Source: Halothiobacillaceae bacterium UBA5861 (lineage in GTDB: Bacteria > Pseudomonadota > Gammaproteobacteria > UBA5861). Taken from it: a DNA stretch of 64,000 bases. The notes beneath the pieces are model-generated. The model saw nothing but the letters and a program-made list of their open reading frames with translations. It did not search any database and was not told the DNA's origin. The stretch lies in contig DJFX01000012.1 in the NCBI GenBank assembly GCA_002432635.1, positions 112-64,111 of the forward strand, read 5' to 3'. Both the position numbers and the translations under genes were made by a program. Of this stretch, positions 27,230 through 38,260 are shown one piece after another; position 1 is the stretch's first letter; each line of letters starts with the position of its first letter.

Positions 27230-29899
27230 TTAATCATCGCGCAGCGAAAGCTCCATGAAGTAACAGCGATCGGTTAAGTTGGTCGTCACTTTAAATCCCA
27301 GCCGCCTCGCCAGCTTGACCATTTTGCTATTACCGTAGAGGGTCTCACCAATCACCCGCTTTTTGCCACTTTCCCGGCAGTAACGAATGACTTTTTCCAT
27401 CAACGTACGGCCCAACTGCTGGCCCTTTTGATCGCGCCGAATGATGATCGCAAACTCAGCATCCTGGTTGTCAGCACTGTTCACGACTCGCACGACACCC
27501 AGAATTTCTGGCTCACTCTCGTCGGTTTCGCCAACCGCGATAATCGCCATCTCACGGTCGTAGTCAATTTGTGTAAAGTGGGCCATATCTTCGTGATTCA
27601 ATGCCCTCACGACACGAAAAAACCGCAGATAAATATCTTCTGGATCCAGACGATTGAAGAATGCCTGGTGCATGGGCTCGTCATCCGGACGGATCGGACG
27701 GAGCAAAACCGACCGGCCATTGGGCAGTGTGATACGCTCTTCCAAATCCGCAGGATACGGGCGGATCGCCAAACGCTCCTCACCCGTTTTTGCTGTATCT
27801 TGCACCCAAATACGCGCCCCCACTACCACAGCGCCTGCGTCATCGACCACCAGCGGGTTAATATCCAGCGCGGTGACGCGAGGCAGCCCCACAACCAGCT
27901 TCGATAAGTTGAACAAAACCTGATCGAGAGCTTCCAGATTCACCGCCGGGTGCTGGCTGTCGCCCCGTAAAATCCGGTACATACGTGTTTGTCTCATTAA
28001 GTCGCGCGCCAGCTTTAAATTCAAAGGTGGCAAGGCAACCGCGATATCCGTTGCGACATCAGCGGCCAACCCACCTTGTCCAAACAAGATCACTGGCCCA
28101 AAGGCTGGGTCTTGCCGCACACCCATCACCAGTTCCAGTGCGTCCGGCCTGCGCACCATCTTTTGCACGGTATAACTGCTGATCACCGCGTCGGGAGCCT
28201 GTGCAACCACACGCTGTTCGATAGACTCAAAGGCTTGTTTCAAGCCCTTCTCACCTTCAACATTCAGTGCAATACCACCCACCCCGGTACGACTGTCAAA
28301 GCCTTCGATATTCGCTTTCACTGCGACGGGATACGTCATAACCCGGGCAGCTTCGCAACCCGCTTCAACCGTCGGCACACAACGCGTTGGTACAACCGGT
28401 AAGCCAAAAGCCGCCAATACACGGTGAGACGCCTCTTCATCCAACTGGTCTCGCCCGGCATCTAATGCTTGCTGAATCACTTGGTGGGCCTTTTTTTCAT
28501 CCGGCGTGATACGCTGCTTGTTACTTGGCGGTGTTTCCATCAAGACTTTTTGTGTCCTGCGGTAAGCTACCCGGTGCAAAAAGGCACGTACGGCTTTAAA
28601 GGGCGTGTCATAAAAAGGGATGCTATGGCGGTGGAAAACATCCCGCGCTTCGTAAATAGAATCCCCACCCATCCAGCACGTTAGCACTGGCTTCTTGGCG
28701 TGTTTGATGGTGTCACTCAGCGCCAGGGCAATATCCGTACTGGAAATACCCGCCATGGGAACATGTAACACCAGCACAGTGTCTACACCAGCATCTTCCA
28801 GCAGGGCCTCACAGGCTCGTACATAGTGCTTTGCAGTCGCCACGCCGGTGATATCCACCGGGTTCTGATGGCGCCCGGTGCGCGGAATCAGCTGATCCAA
28901 GCGCGCAATGGTCTCGGGCTCCAGGGCAGCCAGGCGTCCGCCCCGGTCCACCAGGGTGTCTGTCGCCATCACTGCCGGACCACCACCATTGCTGAGAATG
29001 GCCAACCGCTGGCCGTTGATGGGCTTGGACCAGGTTAACGTCTCTGTCGCATCAAACAATTCACTCAATGAATACACACGCAACATCCCCGCCCGAGTGA
29101 TAGCGGCATTGGCCACCTGCTCGCTATCCAGCGTCAATGACCCGGCAGCCTGAACATTGGCTTCCCGCCCGGCCTTGATGATCAGCACAGTTTTATTGCG
29201 GGATGCGGCCCGTGCGGCAGACATAAATTTGCGCGCATGCCCAAACGACTCCACATACAGCAGAATATTTCGTGTCTGGTAGTCATTAACCAGATAATCC
29301 AGCACATCGGCCACATCGATATCCACGCTGTCACCCAACGACACCACGTGAGAAAAGCCGACCTTGTTGGCATGGCCCCAATCCAAAATGGCACTGCATA
29401 AAGCACTGGATTGAGAAACAAATGCCAGCTTGCCTGGCGCCACCTTCGATAAATGCGCCGCACTGGCATTTAAACCGGTGCGAGGAGAAATAAACCCCAA
29501 ACTGTTCGGTCCCAAAATACGAATGCCTTGGCTGCGCGCCAACGCCTGCACTTCATCCTGCAAGACATTTTTATCTCCCCGGACGCGAAACCCATCACTG
29601 AGGATGACCGCCGCCTGGCAGCCTGCGCGACTGAGTGCCTGCAGTAAATCGGGTACTGTCTTCGCCGGGGTACAAATCATCGCCAGCTCGGGTACCTCGG
29701 GCATGTCAGCCACTGAGGGAACAGCAGAAACGCCTTCAATCTGTTTATGATGGGGGTTGACCGGCGTGAGCACGCCGCTGAAATCACTTTGCAAAAGGTT
29801 CTTAAAAACAATATTCCCCAGTGATCGCGAGCGGTTAGACGCACCAATCACCGCAATCGACCGGGGCTTAAACACACGGTCAAAATGTCGGATACTCAT
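27230..29899 (-). CDS. Protein lysine acetyltransferase Pat/YfiQ (ADP-forming acyl-CoA synthetase-like domains plus C-terminal GNAT)
   Basis: 889 aa. CoA-binding N-domain (IAVIGAS), succinyl-CoA synthetase-like flavodoxin and ATP-grasp domains, and a C-terminal GNAT (QKGQQLGRTLME). Confidence 0.85.
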   Translation of the reverse strand: MSIRHFDRVFKPRSIAVIGASNRSRSLGNIVFKNLLQSDFSGVLTPVNPHHKQIEGVSAVPSVADMPEVPELAMICTPAKTVPDLLQALSRAGCQAAVILSDGFRVRGDKNVLQDEVQALARSQGIRILGPNSLGFISPRTGLNASAAHLSKVAPGKLAFVSQSSALCSAILDWGHANKVGFSHVVSLGDSVDIDVADVLDYLVNDYQTRNILLYVESFGHARKFMSAARAASRNKTVLIIKAGREANVQAAGSLTLDSEQVANAAITRAGMLRVYSLSELFDATETLTWSKPINGQRLAILSNGGGPAVMATDTLVDRGGRLAALEPETIARLDQLIPRTGRHQNPVDITGVATAKHYVRACEALLEDAGVDTVLVLHVPMAGISSTDIALALSDTIKHAKKPVLTCWMGGDSIYEARDVFHRHSIPFYDTPFKAVRAFLHRVAYRRTQKVLMETPPSNKQRITPDEKKAHQVIQQALDAGRDQLDEEASHRVLAAFGLPVVPTRCVPTVEAGCEAARVMTYPVAVKANIEGFDSRTGVGGIALNVEGEKGLKQAFESIEQRVVAQAPDAVISSYTVQKMVRRPDALELVMGVRQDPAFGPVILFGQGGLAADVATDIAVALPPLNLKLARDLMRQTRMYRILRGDSQHPAVNLEALDQVLFNLSKLVVGLPRVTALDINPLVVDDAGAVVVGARIWVQDTAKTGEERLAIRPYPADLEERITLPNGRSVLLRPIRPDDEPMHQAFFNRLDPEDIYLRFFRVVRALNHEDMAHFTQIDYDREMAIIAVGETDESEPEILGVVRVVNSADNQDAEFAIIIRRDQKGQQLGRTLMEKVIRYCRESGKKRVIGETLYGNSKMVKLARRLGFKVTTNLTDRCYFMELSLRDD

Positions 29900-30264
29900 C
29901 GCTCACCCCCTGTTGCGACTACCGTGCAGGCCAAGGCCAGCCGCGGCAGCGGCTGAGTACCTTGAAACACCATCGATGATGGTTGTGAGACACATGATAT
30001 AAAACCCATAGCCAATGCACAACGCGCAAGACAACAGCGAGAGTCAGGGAAACTCGGCCGAGCCTAAAACGTATTTTAAAGCCGCATAAAGCACCGCGAA
30101 TGGGCTTTATCAACGCAACAGATCGGTTTTGGGATATTGGTTAAAAAATTGAGCCCGTCATTGCAAAATTCCTCGGGTCATACGCTATTGCAAAACCTAT
30201 ACACTCGCCAAATGGCCTCGGCCTGTTTATTCTCTCTGTTCTTAAAGCACTCAAAGGAAGATTG

Positions 30265-30660
30265 ATGAAATTACCTGGCTTACGCCTATTTTTTCTACTG
30301 AGCTTGTTGCTGCTTACAGGTTGTGCCAACAGTAGTGATGTTCGGGATGCATTTTTCGCCCAAAAAAGTGATGTTCAGGTCCAGGGCACGGGTACGGTCG
30401 TTAAACGGCTACCGGATGATAACCACGGCTCGCGACATCAGCGGTTTATTCTTCGCATTCATCCAGATTTGACGGTTTTAATCGCCCACAATATTGATCT
30501 CGCACCCCGTATTCCGGATTTACGCGTGGGCGATGAGGTTCTGTTTTATGGTGAGTACGAGTGGAATGCCAAAGGCGGCGTTGTCCACTGGACGCATCGG
30601 GACCCTAAAAACAAACATCCGCATGGCTGGCTGCGACATCACGGGACGCAGTACGATTAA
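30265..30660 (+). CDS. DUF3465-family lipoprotein
   Basis: Lipobox LLTGC and the conserved HQRFILR..H block. Confidence 0.6.
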   Translation: MKLPGLRLFFLLSLLLLTGCANSSDVRDAFFAQKSDVQVQGTGTVVKRLPDDNHGSRHQRFILRIHPDLTVLIAHNIDLAPRIPDLRVGDEVLFYGEYEWNAKGGVVHWTHRDPKNKHPHGWLRHHGTQYD

Positions 30661-30888
30661 TGATCGGCCAGGCTTATTTTGTCATTGACCTATTGAGCCA
30701 CCGTCAATGCCATAAATACCCTTTTTGGGAGCTGTAATCGCGTAATAACCCACTTGGAAACTGGTATTTTTTTTGAAACCAGCTATACACTTTTTAAGTG
30801 CGACTGTTTTTATGCCCTAACCCGAGATAGCGGGAAAACTAATGGGACTTTATAAAGGATTTCAGCATCCTACAAAGGAGACATGTGA

Positions 30889-31917
30889 ATGCAAAAACCC
30901 AATATTCCCAAGGATGAGCAATTCAGGCTTCAAACACTGCATTCGCTGAGCATTCTAGATACGCCCGCTGAAAACCGTTTTGACTGCATCACACGCATGG
31001 CTAAACGCTTGTTTAATGTGCCTATCGCGCTCGTCAGCCTGGTGGATGAAAACCGCCAGTGGTTTAAATCAAGTATTGGGCTCGAAGCCTCCGAAACACC
31101 TCGGGATATCTCTTTTTGTGGGCACGCTATTTTGAGTAAAGGTATTTTTATCGTTCCTAATGCCTTGGAAGATGAACGCTTTTCTGATAACCCTTTAGTG
31201 CTTAAAGATCCCTACATCCGCTTTTATGCAGGCTACCCGTTAAAAGCGCTCAATGGCCAGCAGTTGGGAACGCTGTGCCTGATTGACCGAAAGCCGAGAA
31301 CCTTGGATGACGGAGACCTTGCTACACTAAAAGACCTAGCTTCAACCGTCGAACGAGAGCTGGCCGCCATTGAGCTGGCCACAGTGGATGAATTAACGCG
31401 AGTCTCCAATCGGCGAGGGTTCTCTCTACTGGCAAGTCACTGCCTGCGGCTTTGCACCCGCCAAAAATTGCCTGCTTCCTTGGTCTACTTTGATCTTGAC
31501 AACTTTAAACCGATCAATGACCGGTTCGGGCACGCAGAAGGCGACAAAGCCCTGGTTGCCTTTGCTGATCAATTGAAAGGCGCCTGCCGGGATTCGGATA
31601 TCCCTGTACGCTTAGGTGGCGATGAATTTGCCTTGCTGTTAATCAATACAACTCTGGACATCGCCGAAGGTTTTATCAGTCGCTTCAAAGAGTCAGTAGA
31701 CACCTACAACGAATCCGTCAATCGTGGATACGATATTCTTTTTTCACATGGCATCGTCGCGTTTGATCATCAAAAACCCTCAACCATCCAGGAAATGCTC
31801 ACAGAAGGTGATGCAGAAATGTATCGACGGAAACAATTGAGAAAAAACCATTCGACGTGTGAGTCAACACAACCTGGCAATAAAGCCAGCGCTCATCATA
31901 TACAGCCCTTTATCTAA
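30889..31917 (+). CDS. GAF-GGDEF diguanylate cyclase
   Basis: N-terminal GAF domain, GGDEF motif and an I-site RxxD. Confidence 0.85.
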   Translation: MQKPNIPKDEQFRLQTLHSLSILDTPAENRFDCITRMAKRLFNVPIALVSLVDENRQWFKSSIGLEASETPRDISFCGHAILSKGIFIVPNALEDERFSDNPLVLKDPYIRFYAGYPLKALNGQQLGTLCLIDRKPRTLDDGDLATLKDLASTVERELAAIELATVDELTRVSNRRGFSLLASHCLRLCTRQKLPASLVYFDLDNFKPINDRFGHAEGDKALVAFADQLKGACRDSDIPVRLGGDEFALLLINTTLDIAEGFISRFKESVDTYNESVNRGYDILFSHGIVAFDHQKPSTIQEMLTEGDAEMYRRKQLRKNHSTCESTQPGNKASAHHIQPFI

Positions 31918-32044
31918 GCCTCTGGCCAATACTGTACACAACACCCGGCACACTCAAAAAGAAGGCCTCCCAAAGCGACACTGACAGAGTGCTGTCAGAT
32001 CACACCCTCATACTTGTGCTTTCAATATGAATGAGGAGTACAGC

Positions 32045-32365
32045 ATGATCTTACGTGGAACAACAGCTGATTTTAGAGGTGTTGAACTTGCTTTTTTTCG
32101 TCTGAAAAACGACGTGAGCGAAGCGCAGCTACTCGCCTTTTCTGAACGAGTAGATAATATGTTCCTAGCGAATCAGGAGGGGCTATTGGCCCGCTTCTTG
32201 TTGCGAGGGAACGCCGGCCATTATGCAGACGTGACCTTTGCAACAACACAAACCAGGGCTGAAGAAATCTGCCAATTATGGCTGAGTCATGTGGCAGCAA
32301 AAGCATACTTGACATTGCTGGATGAGTGCTCTGTGGATATGTCTTTTTGGACCAGAATCGGTTAA
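32045..32365 (+). CDS. Hypothetical small protein
   Basis: RBS GAGGAG lies 6 nt upstream of the ATG at 32045. No family recognised. Confidence 0.4.
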   Translation: MILRGTTADFRGVELAFFRLKNDVSEAQLLAFSERVDNMFLANQEGLLARFLLRGNAGHYADVTFATTQTRAEEICQLWLSHVAAKAYLTLLDECSVDMSFWTRIG

Positions 32366-32587
32366 CGCTGTCCGACAAAATATGATCGGGCTCTGGTGGT
32401 GGCCCGACCATGACGGCGCTGAAAACAACGGACCTCTTCCGCTGACGCGTTACCACCATTCGCACAGCACTGCTGCGTCACAGCCGAGCAGGCAGGTGGT
32501 ATTTCTCTATGATCCTCATCACGCTTGAAAGCACATAAAAACTACTTCATGCTGTTCGCACATAATGATAAAAACCGTGTGAGCAAA

Positions 32588-33520
32588 ATGGATAAAAACA
32601 CACTCAAAGCGGTGTTGTTATTGGTTATCGCTACCATGTGCTGGGGAGGGAATATCACTCTGGGCCGAGCCATCAGCGCCGATGTACCGCCCTTTGGACT
32701 TACCTTTTGGCGCTGGACAATCGTAACTACTCTGTTGATCGCATTCAATTTTGCTCTCTTTCGCCGCCAGCGGCACCTTTTACGAGCGCATTGGAAGCTG
32801 ATTGCCCTGGTCGCGCTGACGGGCGTGTGCATCTACCCCGCCTTTCAGTTTTATGCGTTGCGAAATACTTCGGCCATTAATGCCGCACTCTTTGTCGCCA
32901 TTTCACCCGTGATTGTGCCTATTCTTGCAACATGGCTCTTGGGCACTAAAGTACGTGCGCTGGAGATTTTTGGAATCGCCATTTCCACGGTTGGTATCTT
33001 GGTGGTCATTTGCCGGGGTGATTTACAAACGCTGTTGAAACTGAGCTTTTCCTGGGGCGATTTGCTTATGCTTTTTTGCACATTTTGCTGGTCCGCCTAC
33101 ACCGTTTTGCTTAAGCGCGTACCGGCTGACATAGCACCCATGATGCTGTTTGCCTCCACTACAGCACTGGCCGCACTGTTCGTGCTGCCACTGTATACGT
33201 GGGAAGCAACGTTTGTCCGACCAATCACACTGAGTGGGTTAACCCTTTTTTCACTGGGCTATACCACCATCTTTGCTTCGTTGATCGGTTATTTCTGCTT
33301 TGGACTTGGCGTGAAAGCGTTGGGCCCCAATACCAGCGGGCTGTTCATCCATCTGATTCCCATATTCACAACAATCTTTGCAATTGTCTTGCTGGGCGAA
33401 TCATTGCATACCTTCCATCTTTTCGGGGTCGCGGCCATTGCCAGCGGGCTGGTATTGTCAACCTGGGCGGCCCAGCGCTCAGTACAGGCGCCCACTACTC
33501 AGCCTGTGGAACAAAAGTAG
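32588..33520 (+). CDS. DMT-superfamily (EamA) transporter
   Basis: Ten TM segments with duplicated EamA domains. Confidence 0.8.
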   Translation: MDKNTLKAVLLLVIATMCWGGNITLGRAISADVPPFGLTFWRWTIVTTLLIAFNFALFRRQRHLLRAHWKLIALVALTGVCIYPAFQFYALRNTSAINAALFVAISPVIVPILATWLLGTKVRALEIFGIAISTVGILVVICRGDLQTLLKLSFSWGDLLMLFCTFCWSAYTVLLKRVPADIAPMMLFASTTALAALFVLPLYTWEATFVRPITLSGLTLFSLGYTTIFASLIGYFCFGLGVKALGPNTSGLFIHLIPIFTTIFAIVLLGESLHTFHLFGVAAIASGLVLSTWAAQRSVQAPTTQPVEQK

Positions 33521-33542
33521 CCCGATTAAATCAACCGGGCTA
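33518..33542. terminator. Stem-loop between convergent EamA and usp genes
   Basis: tagcccg/cgggcta 7-bp inverted repeat with an 11-nt loop. Confidence 0.35.
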
Positions 33543-33551
33543 AGAAAAGCA

Positions 33552-34388
33552 CTAGTGAGACATTAAGACAGGAATGGTCATTTGATGCAGCAGCGAGCGG
33601 GTTGCTCCACCCATGATTAACTCTCGTAACCGGGAGTGCCCGTAAGCCCCCATAATAACCAAGTCTGCGCTCATATCAGAGGCGTGAGACAGCAGCGTAT
33701 CCCCAATATTGATATTCACACCCTCCATTGCAGAAGCGGTAGCATTAACCCCATGCCGGGCTAAATGATGGGCGATGTCCACGCCAGGAATTTGGTTATC
33801 ACTGTTTCCATCTGTTTTGATATTGACAGTAACGACTTCAACCTTATCCGCTTTTTGCAAAATAGGCAGCGCATCGTTCACGGCACGTACTGCCTCTCTG
33901 GCGCCATTCCAAGCAACCATAACGCGCTTACCCAGTGTTTCCTGAGGGCCAATGAAAGGCACCAGCAGGACAGGCCGTCCACAGCGAAGGATGACATCAT
34001 CCGGGGCAAAGTCGCTGTCGTTTGAATCCCGCTCATCGTGTTGTCCAAGCACCATCAAGTCCGTGTAACGTGCGTGAATGCAAAGGTTTGTCACAAAGTC
34101 ACCTTCGGAAACGCGCCATTCGCTCCGGAGACCTTCCCGGTCAACCGTTTCCTGAAAAATTTTACCGGCTTTTTTAGCCTGTTCGGCTGCTGCTTCTGCT
34201 TCTTTTTTTCGGATATCGAAGGGGATTTCAGCTGCCGCATAACGAGGCAAATAGGCAGGAGGAATATTATAAACGCCGGTTATGTGCGCTTGATGTGTCT
34301 GCGCCAGCGCAATTGCTGCTTTAAGACGCTTTTGACAACTATTGCTGTTATCAATATGTACGATGATATCTTGAAGAGCCATACTCAC
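33552..34388 (-). CDS. Tandem universal stress protein (UspA-UspA)
   Basis: Two Usp domains. The second carries the ATP-binding G-x2-G-x9-G(S/T) pattern (GAYGHSRLRELIMGGAT). Confidence 0.85.
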   Translation of the reverse strand: MSMALQDIIVHIDNSNSCQKRLKAAIALAQTHQAHITGVYNIPPAYLPRYAAAEIPFDIRKKEAEAAAEQAKKAGKIFQETVDREGLRSEWRVSEGDFVTNLCIHARYTDLMVLGQHDERDSNDSDFAPDDVILRCGRPVLLVPFIGPQETLGKRVMVAWNGAREAVRAVNDALPILQKADKVEVVTVNIKTDGNSDNQIPGVDIAHHLARHGVNATASAMEGVNINIGDTLLSHASDMSADLVIMGAYGHSRLRELIMGGATRSLLHQMTIPVLMSH

Positions 34389-34519
34389 CTCACTGAATGT
34401 TTATTAACATTTATGGTTACTGGAACGTGCATACAATGTGTTTAAGGTTTGTTCGCACTTGTACTTGGTACCTTCTATAAAAGACGGTTTTAATACTACC
34501 CACCTGGCCGACATGCCTT

Positions 34520-34533
34520 TTGATTTACATCAT
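34520..34533. promoter_or_regulatory. Putative FNR/ANR box upstream of the tandem usp gene
   Basis: TTGATttacATCAt matches the TTGAT-N4-ATCAA consensus at 9 of 10 positions. Sits about 135 bp upstream of the usp start codon. Confidence 0.4.
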
Positions 34534-34612
34534 AAAAGCATATAAACCGGGCGATAAAAATTGATCCACATCAGCGTCTGCTCAGATAGCGCCCGCTGGC
34601 GTGCGGCGCCGT

Positions 34613-35761
34613 TTAAAATCGACCTAACACCTCTCGAGCAATGACAAGTCGGTTGATCTGGCTGGTCCCTTCACCTATTTGATACATTTTTGCGTCTCTC
34701 ATATAACGCTCGACCGGGTAGGCGCGCATGTAACCGTACCCTCCCAAGAGTTCCACTGCCTGGCTGGTGGCACGAATGGATGCTTCTGCTGCAAAATATT
34801 TTGCCATGGCGCCCGCTTTTTTGACCGATTCACCAGCGTCATACAATCGGGCAGCGTGTAACGTCATCACTCGAGCAATTTCGATCTCTGTCGCCATGTC
34901 GGCAATGGGAAACTGCACACCCTGAAAAGCGGCAATCGGCTGCCCAAACTGCTCGCGCGTTTTCACATAGGGAATACAGGCATCCAGCGCCGCTTGACCT
35001 AAACCGGTCGACAAAGCGGCTACATTCACTCGCCCTCGATCTAATGCCTTGGCAAACTGGCGGAAGCCTTGACCTTCTTTACCCAATAGGTTTTCTGCCG
35101 GAACGGCAAGCTCATCAAAGGTTAATGTAGCGGTGGGCGAACCATGCATCCCCATTTTTTCATTGTCCGGACCCACGCTGAATCCCGGCATATCCCGCTC
35201 TAAAATGAACGCAGAAACCCCCGTTGAGGTGTCTCCCGGCTGGGTACGTGCGGTAATAACAAACGTATCCGCAACGGTACTATTCGTGATGAAACACTTG
35301 GCGCCATTAATAATGTAATGGTCGCCACGCTTTTCCGCCCGAGTGCGGCAGGCAGCGGCATTGGAGCCTCCACCGGGCTCGGTCAAGCCAAAAGCCCCGA
35401 TGGCCTGACCACTTGCCAATGGTTTCAGATAGCGTTCCCGCTGTGCATCAGTACCGTGTTCGGCCAACACAGTGGCCACCAGGCTGATGTGTGCATTCAA
35501 GGAGCTGCCTACAGCGCCGGAGGCACGTGAAACTTCTTCCAGCAATAGGCAAACCATCACGGCATCACAACCGGATCCCCCCCACATTTCAGGTGTCGTC
35601 GCGCCTAAAAAGCCGAGTTCACCCATCTCGGCAAACAGCTCGGCAGGAAACGCCGCTGTTCGGTCTATTTGCTCCGCCTGAGGCTGGATTCGCTCTTCAG
35701 CAAATCGCCGCACATTGTTTTGGAACGCTTGTTGGTCTTCTGTTAAAAAGTGGGCATTCAT
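34613..35761 (-). CDS. Acyl-CoA dehydrogenase
   Basis: ACAD motifs ([19 protein letters not shown]-terminal [10 protein letters not shown]). Confidence 0.85.
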   Translation of the reverse strand: MNAHFLTEDQQAFQNNVRRFAEERIQPQAEQIDRTAAFPAELFAEMGELGFLGATTPEMWGGSGCDAVMVCLLLEEVSRASGAVGSSLNAHISLVATVLAEHGTDAQRERYLKPLASGQAIGAFGLTEPGGGSNAAACRTRAEKRGDHYIINGAKCFITNSTVADTFVITARTQPGDTSTGVSAFILERDMPGFSVGPDNEKMGMHGSPTATLTFDELAVPAENLLGKEGQGFRQFAKALDRGRVNVAALSTGLGQAALDACIPYVKTREQFGQPIAAFQGVQFPIADMATEIEIARVMTLHAARLYDAGESVKKAGAMAKYFAAEASIRATSQAVELLGGYGYMRAYPVERYMRDAKMYQIGEGTSQINRLVIAREVLGRF

Positions 35762-35785
35762 CTTTTTTGTTCTCTGTTATTTGGC

Positions 35786-37372
35786 TTAGGCATCCACTAA
35801 CTCCATGTGCTTTTGACCAGGTTCTTTTTGTTGTTGAAGAGCCAGTTCCCGCAATTTGAACCGCTGTATTTTGCCCGAAGCGGTCAGCGGTATTTCAGGA
35901 ATCACGACGACTTCCCGGGGGACTTTGAAGCGCGCCAGATGCTGGTCGCAGTAATGAATGACATCACTGGGATCTAAATGCTGGCCAGGGCGGAGTTCAA
36001 CAAAAGCGAAGACTTGCTCTCCACGTATCTCATCTTTTATCCCGACAACAGCAACTGACTGGACGCTTTCCAGCTCCATAATGAGGCTTTCTACTTCCTT
36101 GGGATATACATTAAAGCCATTGGTCACGATCATGTCTTTGGTTCGATCAAGAATGTGGATATTGCCTTTTTCGTCCCAATAGCCATAGTCCCCGGAGTGC
36201 AGCCAGCCACCGGCAAGCGCCTCCGCCGTTTGTTCGGGTTTATTCCAGTAGCCCAACATAAAGGTGGGGGATTTGAACAACAGCTCTCCCGGTTCACCTC
36301 TGGGAACGGGCTTACCCTCACTGTCCACCACTTTAACATCGAAGCCCGGCAAGGGCGGTCCACAGGAGCTACTTTCCGGGTCATCGTTTAAAGACTGGAC
36401 GCTGGCAACCGGGGAGATCTCCGTCATGCCATAGCTTTCACACACCGTAGCACCCAGTGTTTTTTTCAGGTCACTTTTCAGCCGAGGTGAAACCGGCCCA
36501 CCTCCGACATCCATTAGCCGGAGTGAGTCCAATCGACGCGCTTCAATGAAATCAGGAGCAAACAAACGCGCGAACATGACCGGTACACCGGCGAGAAACG
36601 TCACTTGGTAACGCTCAATGGCATCCAGCGCATCTGTTTCCGAGAAGGTCGGCAAAATCACGACCGAGGCCCTGAGCAAACCCATCTGTAAAAAGTCAAA
36701 CGCAAACCCGAAACTACTGAACATGGGCAGCAACGTCAACGAACGATCGCTACGATTTAAACCTAATGCCTGGGAAGCCAGCAAAGCATTGTCGATCAGC
36801 GCCTGGTGGCTTAACAAAATACCTTTAGGTTCGCCCGTCGTACCCGAGCTATAAATCATAACCGCCGGATCCTGAGGCCTGCCTTGATTGACCGGATGCA
36901 TACAGGGGGCCGATTGCATGAGCAGGTCATAATTCAACCAACCTGCAACACCAGTATTCTCTGGCAGGTGAGTGACAACGCGTACTTGAACACTGGCGGG
37001 TAGCACATTACCTATCATGCGGTCGAGATAAAGGTTGCTACAAATAAGTGCTCGCGGCTCACAATCAGCAAATAGTTTTTGCAGTTCTCGGGATTTACTG
37101 TGCGTATTGACAGCAACGGTGATGGCGCCCAAAAGGCCACAGGCAATATACAGCTCATAGACTTCGCGCGCGTTATAGAGAAAACTGGCCACACGGTCAC
37201 CAGGCCCTACTCCCCGCTTTTGTAGCGCGCCCGCCAGGCACCGGGCCCGGTAATACGTTTCCGCATAGCTGACTCGCGTCCCTTGCCCTGCCAAGAGCAA
37301 ATGCGTGACATCGGGAGAGTCATAAGCCGCCTCGGCAAAGACCTTTTCAATGCGTTTATCTTTCTCCTCCAC
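35786..37372 (-). CDS. AMP-dependent acyl-CoA synthetase/ligase
   Basis: YSSGTTGEPKG, GYGMTE and a C-terminal GK motif. Confidence 0.85.
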   Translation of the reverse strand: MEEKDKRIEKVFAEAAYDSPDVTHLLLAGQGTRVSYAETYYRARCLAGALQKRGVGPGDRVASFLYNAREVYELYIACGLLGAITVAVNTHSKSRELQKLFADCEPRALICSNLYLDRMIGNVLPASVQVRVVTHLPENTGVAGWLNYDLLMQSAPCMHPVNQGRPQDPAVMIYSSGTTGEPKGILLSHQALIDNALLASQALGLNRSDRSLTLLPMFSSFGFAFDFLQMGLLRASVVILPTFSETDALDAIERYQVTFLAGVPVMFARLFAPDFIEARRLDSLRLMDVGGGPVSPRLKSDLKKTLGATVCESYGMTEISPVASVQSLNDDPESSSCGPPLPGFDVKVVDSEGKPVPRGEPGELLFKSPTFMLGYWNKPEQTAEALAGGWLHSGDYGYWDEKGNIHILDRTKDMIVTNGFNVYPKEVESLIMELESVQSVAVVGIKDEIRGEQVFAFVELRPGQHLDPSDVIHYCDQHLARFKVPREVVVIPEIPLTASGKIQRFKLRELALQQQKEPGQKHMELVDA

Positions 37373-37416
37373 GTTCTTACCCTCCGTCTGGTTTTATTTC
37401 AAAAGGGCCAGATTAA

Positions 37417-38160
37417 TTACACGGACATCAATTGCCCGCCATCTGCAACCAGCGTCTGGCCTGTAATAAATGAGGCTTTGGGGGAAGCAAGGAATACCAC
37501 AAAATCAGCTATTTCCTGAGGCTGCGCCAAGCGCTTCAGTGGGATGCGCCCCAGAATGAGCTTTTCAAGCTCGGGCGTCATAGCCACCGCGTCGAGCATG
37601 TCCGTCTTCACATAGCCTGGTGCAACACACACAACCCGAATGTGGTCCCGGGCCCACTCCCGGGCCAGCGAGCGTGTCAACCCCTCAATCGCGGCTTTGG
37701 ATGTGCAGTAAGGTGCGTTATAAGGTACACCAAGGGAACCGTAGACAGAGCCGATATTGACAATCACACCCTCGCCACTCTGACAAAGAAAAGGGTACGC
37801 TGCACGAGACAATGTGTAGTAAGCCACCAGATTGACATCCATAATCTGACGAAACTGGTCGGGAGTGATATCGGCCACTTTCGCCTCATGCGTGATGCCA
37901 GCGTTGTTGATAACCGCATCAACCCGGCCATGTTCCGCAAAGGCTTCCTGAGCAAAATGTTCAAGGGCCGCATCATCACCGGCATCTCCAACATGCACTG
38001 TAGCTCGCCGGCCTTCTGCGACAATCATTTCAGCCGTTTCTTCCAGCATTTCCCGGCGACGGGCAAAACAGGCGATATCATAGCCCGATTTAGCCAGCGC
38101 CACTGCAATCGACCGGCCGATATTCCGGCTACTTCCAGTCACCCAAGCGACTTTCTGCAT
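37417..38160 (-). CDS. SDR-family oxidoreductase
   Basis: TGSSRNIGRS Rossmann motif, NNAG, and a YxxxK catalytic motif (YCTSK). Confidence 0.85.
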   Translation of the reverse strand: MQKVAWVTGSSRNIGRSIAVALAKSGYDIACFARRREMLEETAEMIVAEGRRATVHVGDAGDDAALEHFAQEAFAEHGRVDAVINNAGITHEAKVADITPDQFRQIMDVNLVAYYTLSRAAYPFLCQSGEGVIVNIGSVYGSLGVPYNAPYCTSKAAIEGLTRSLAREWARDHIRVVCVAPGYVKTDMLDAVAMTPELEKLILGRIPLKRLAQPQEIADFVVFLASPKASFITGQTLVADGGQLMSV

Positions 38161-38260
38161 ACTACCAACTCCTAACCCAGTTTTTCTGATAGGCTAACGC
38201 CATTTCTTATTTTTATTAATAAGCATTATTAAGCAAAGTAAAGAATATTCAAAGTCTTAT

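Noticed and set aside
37642-38175. 177-aa plus-strand ORF
   Set aside because: It is antisense to the SDR oxidoreductase gene and is an off-frame artefact.
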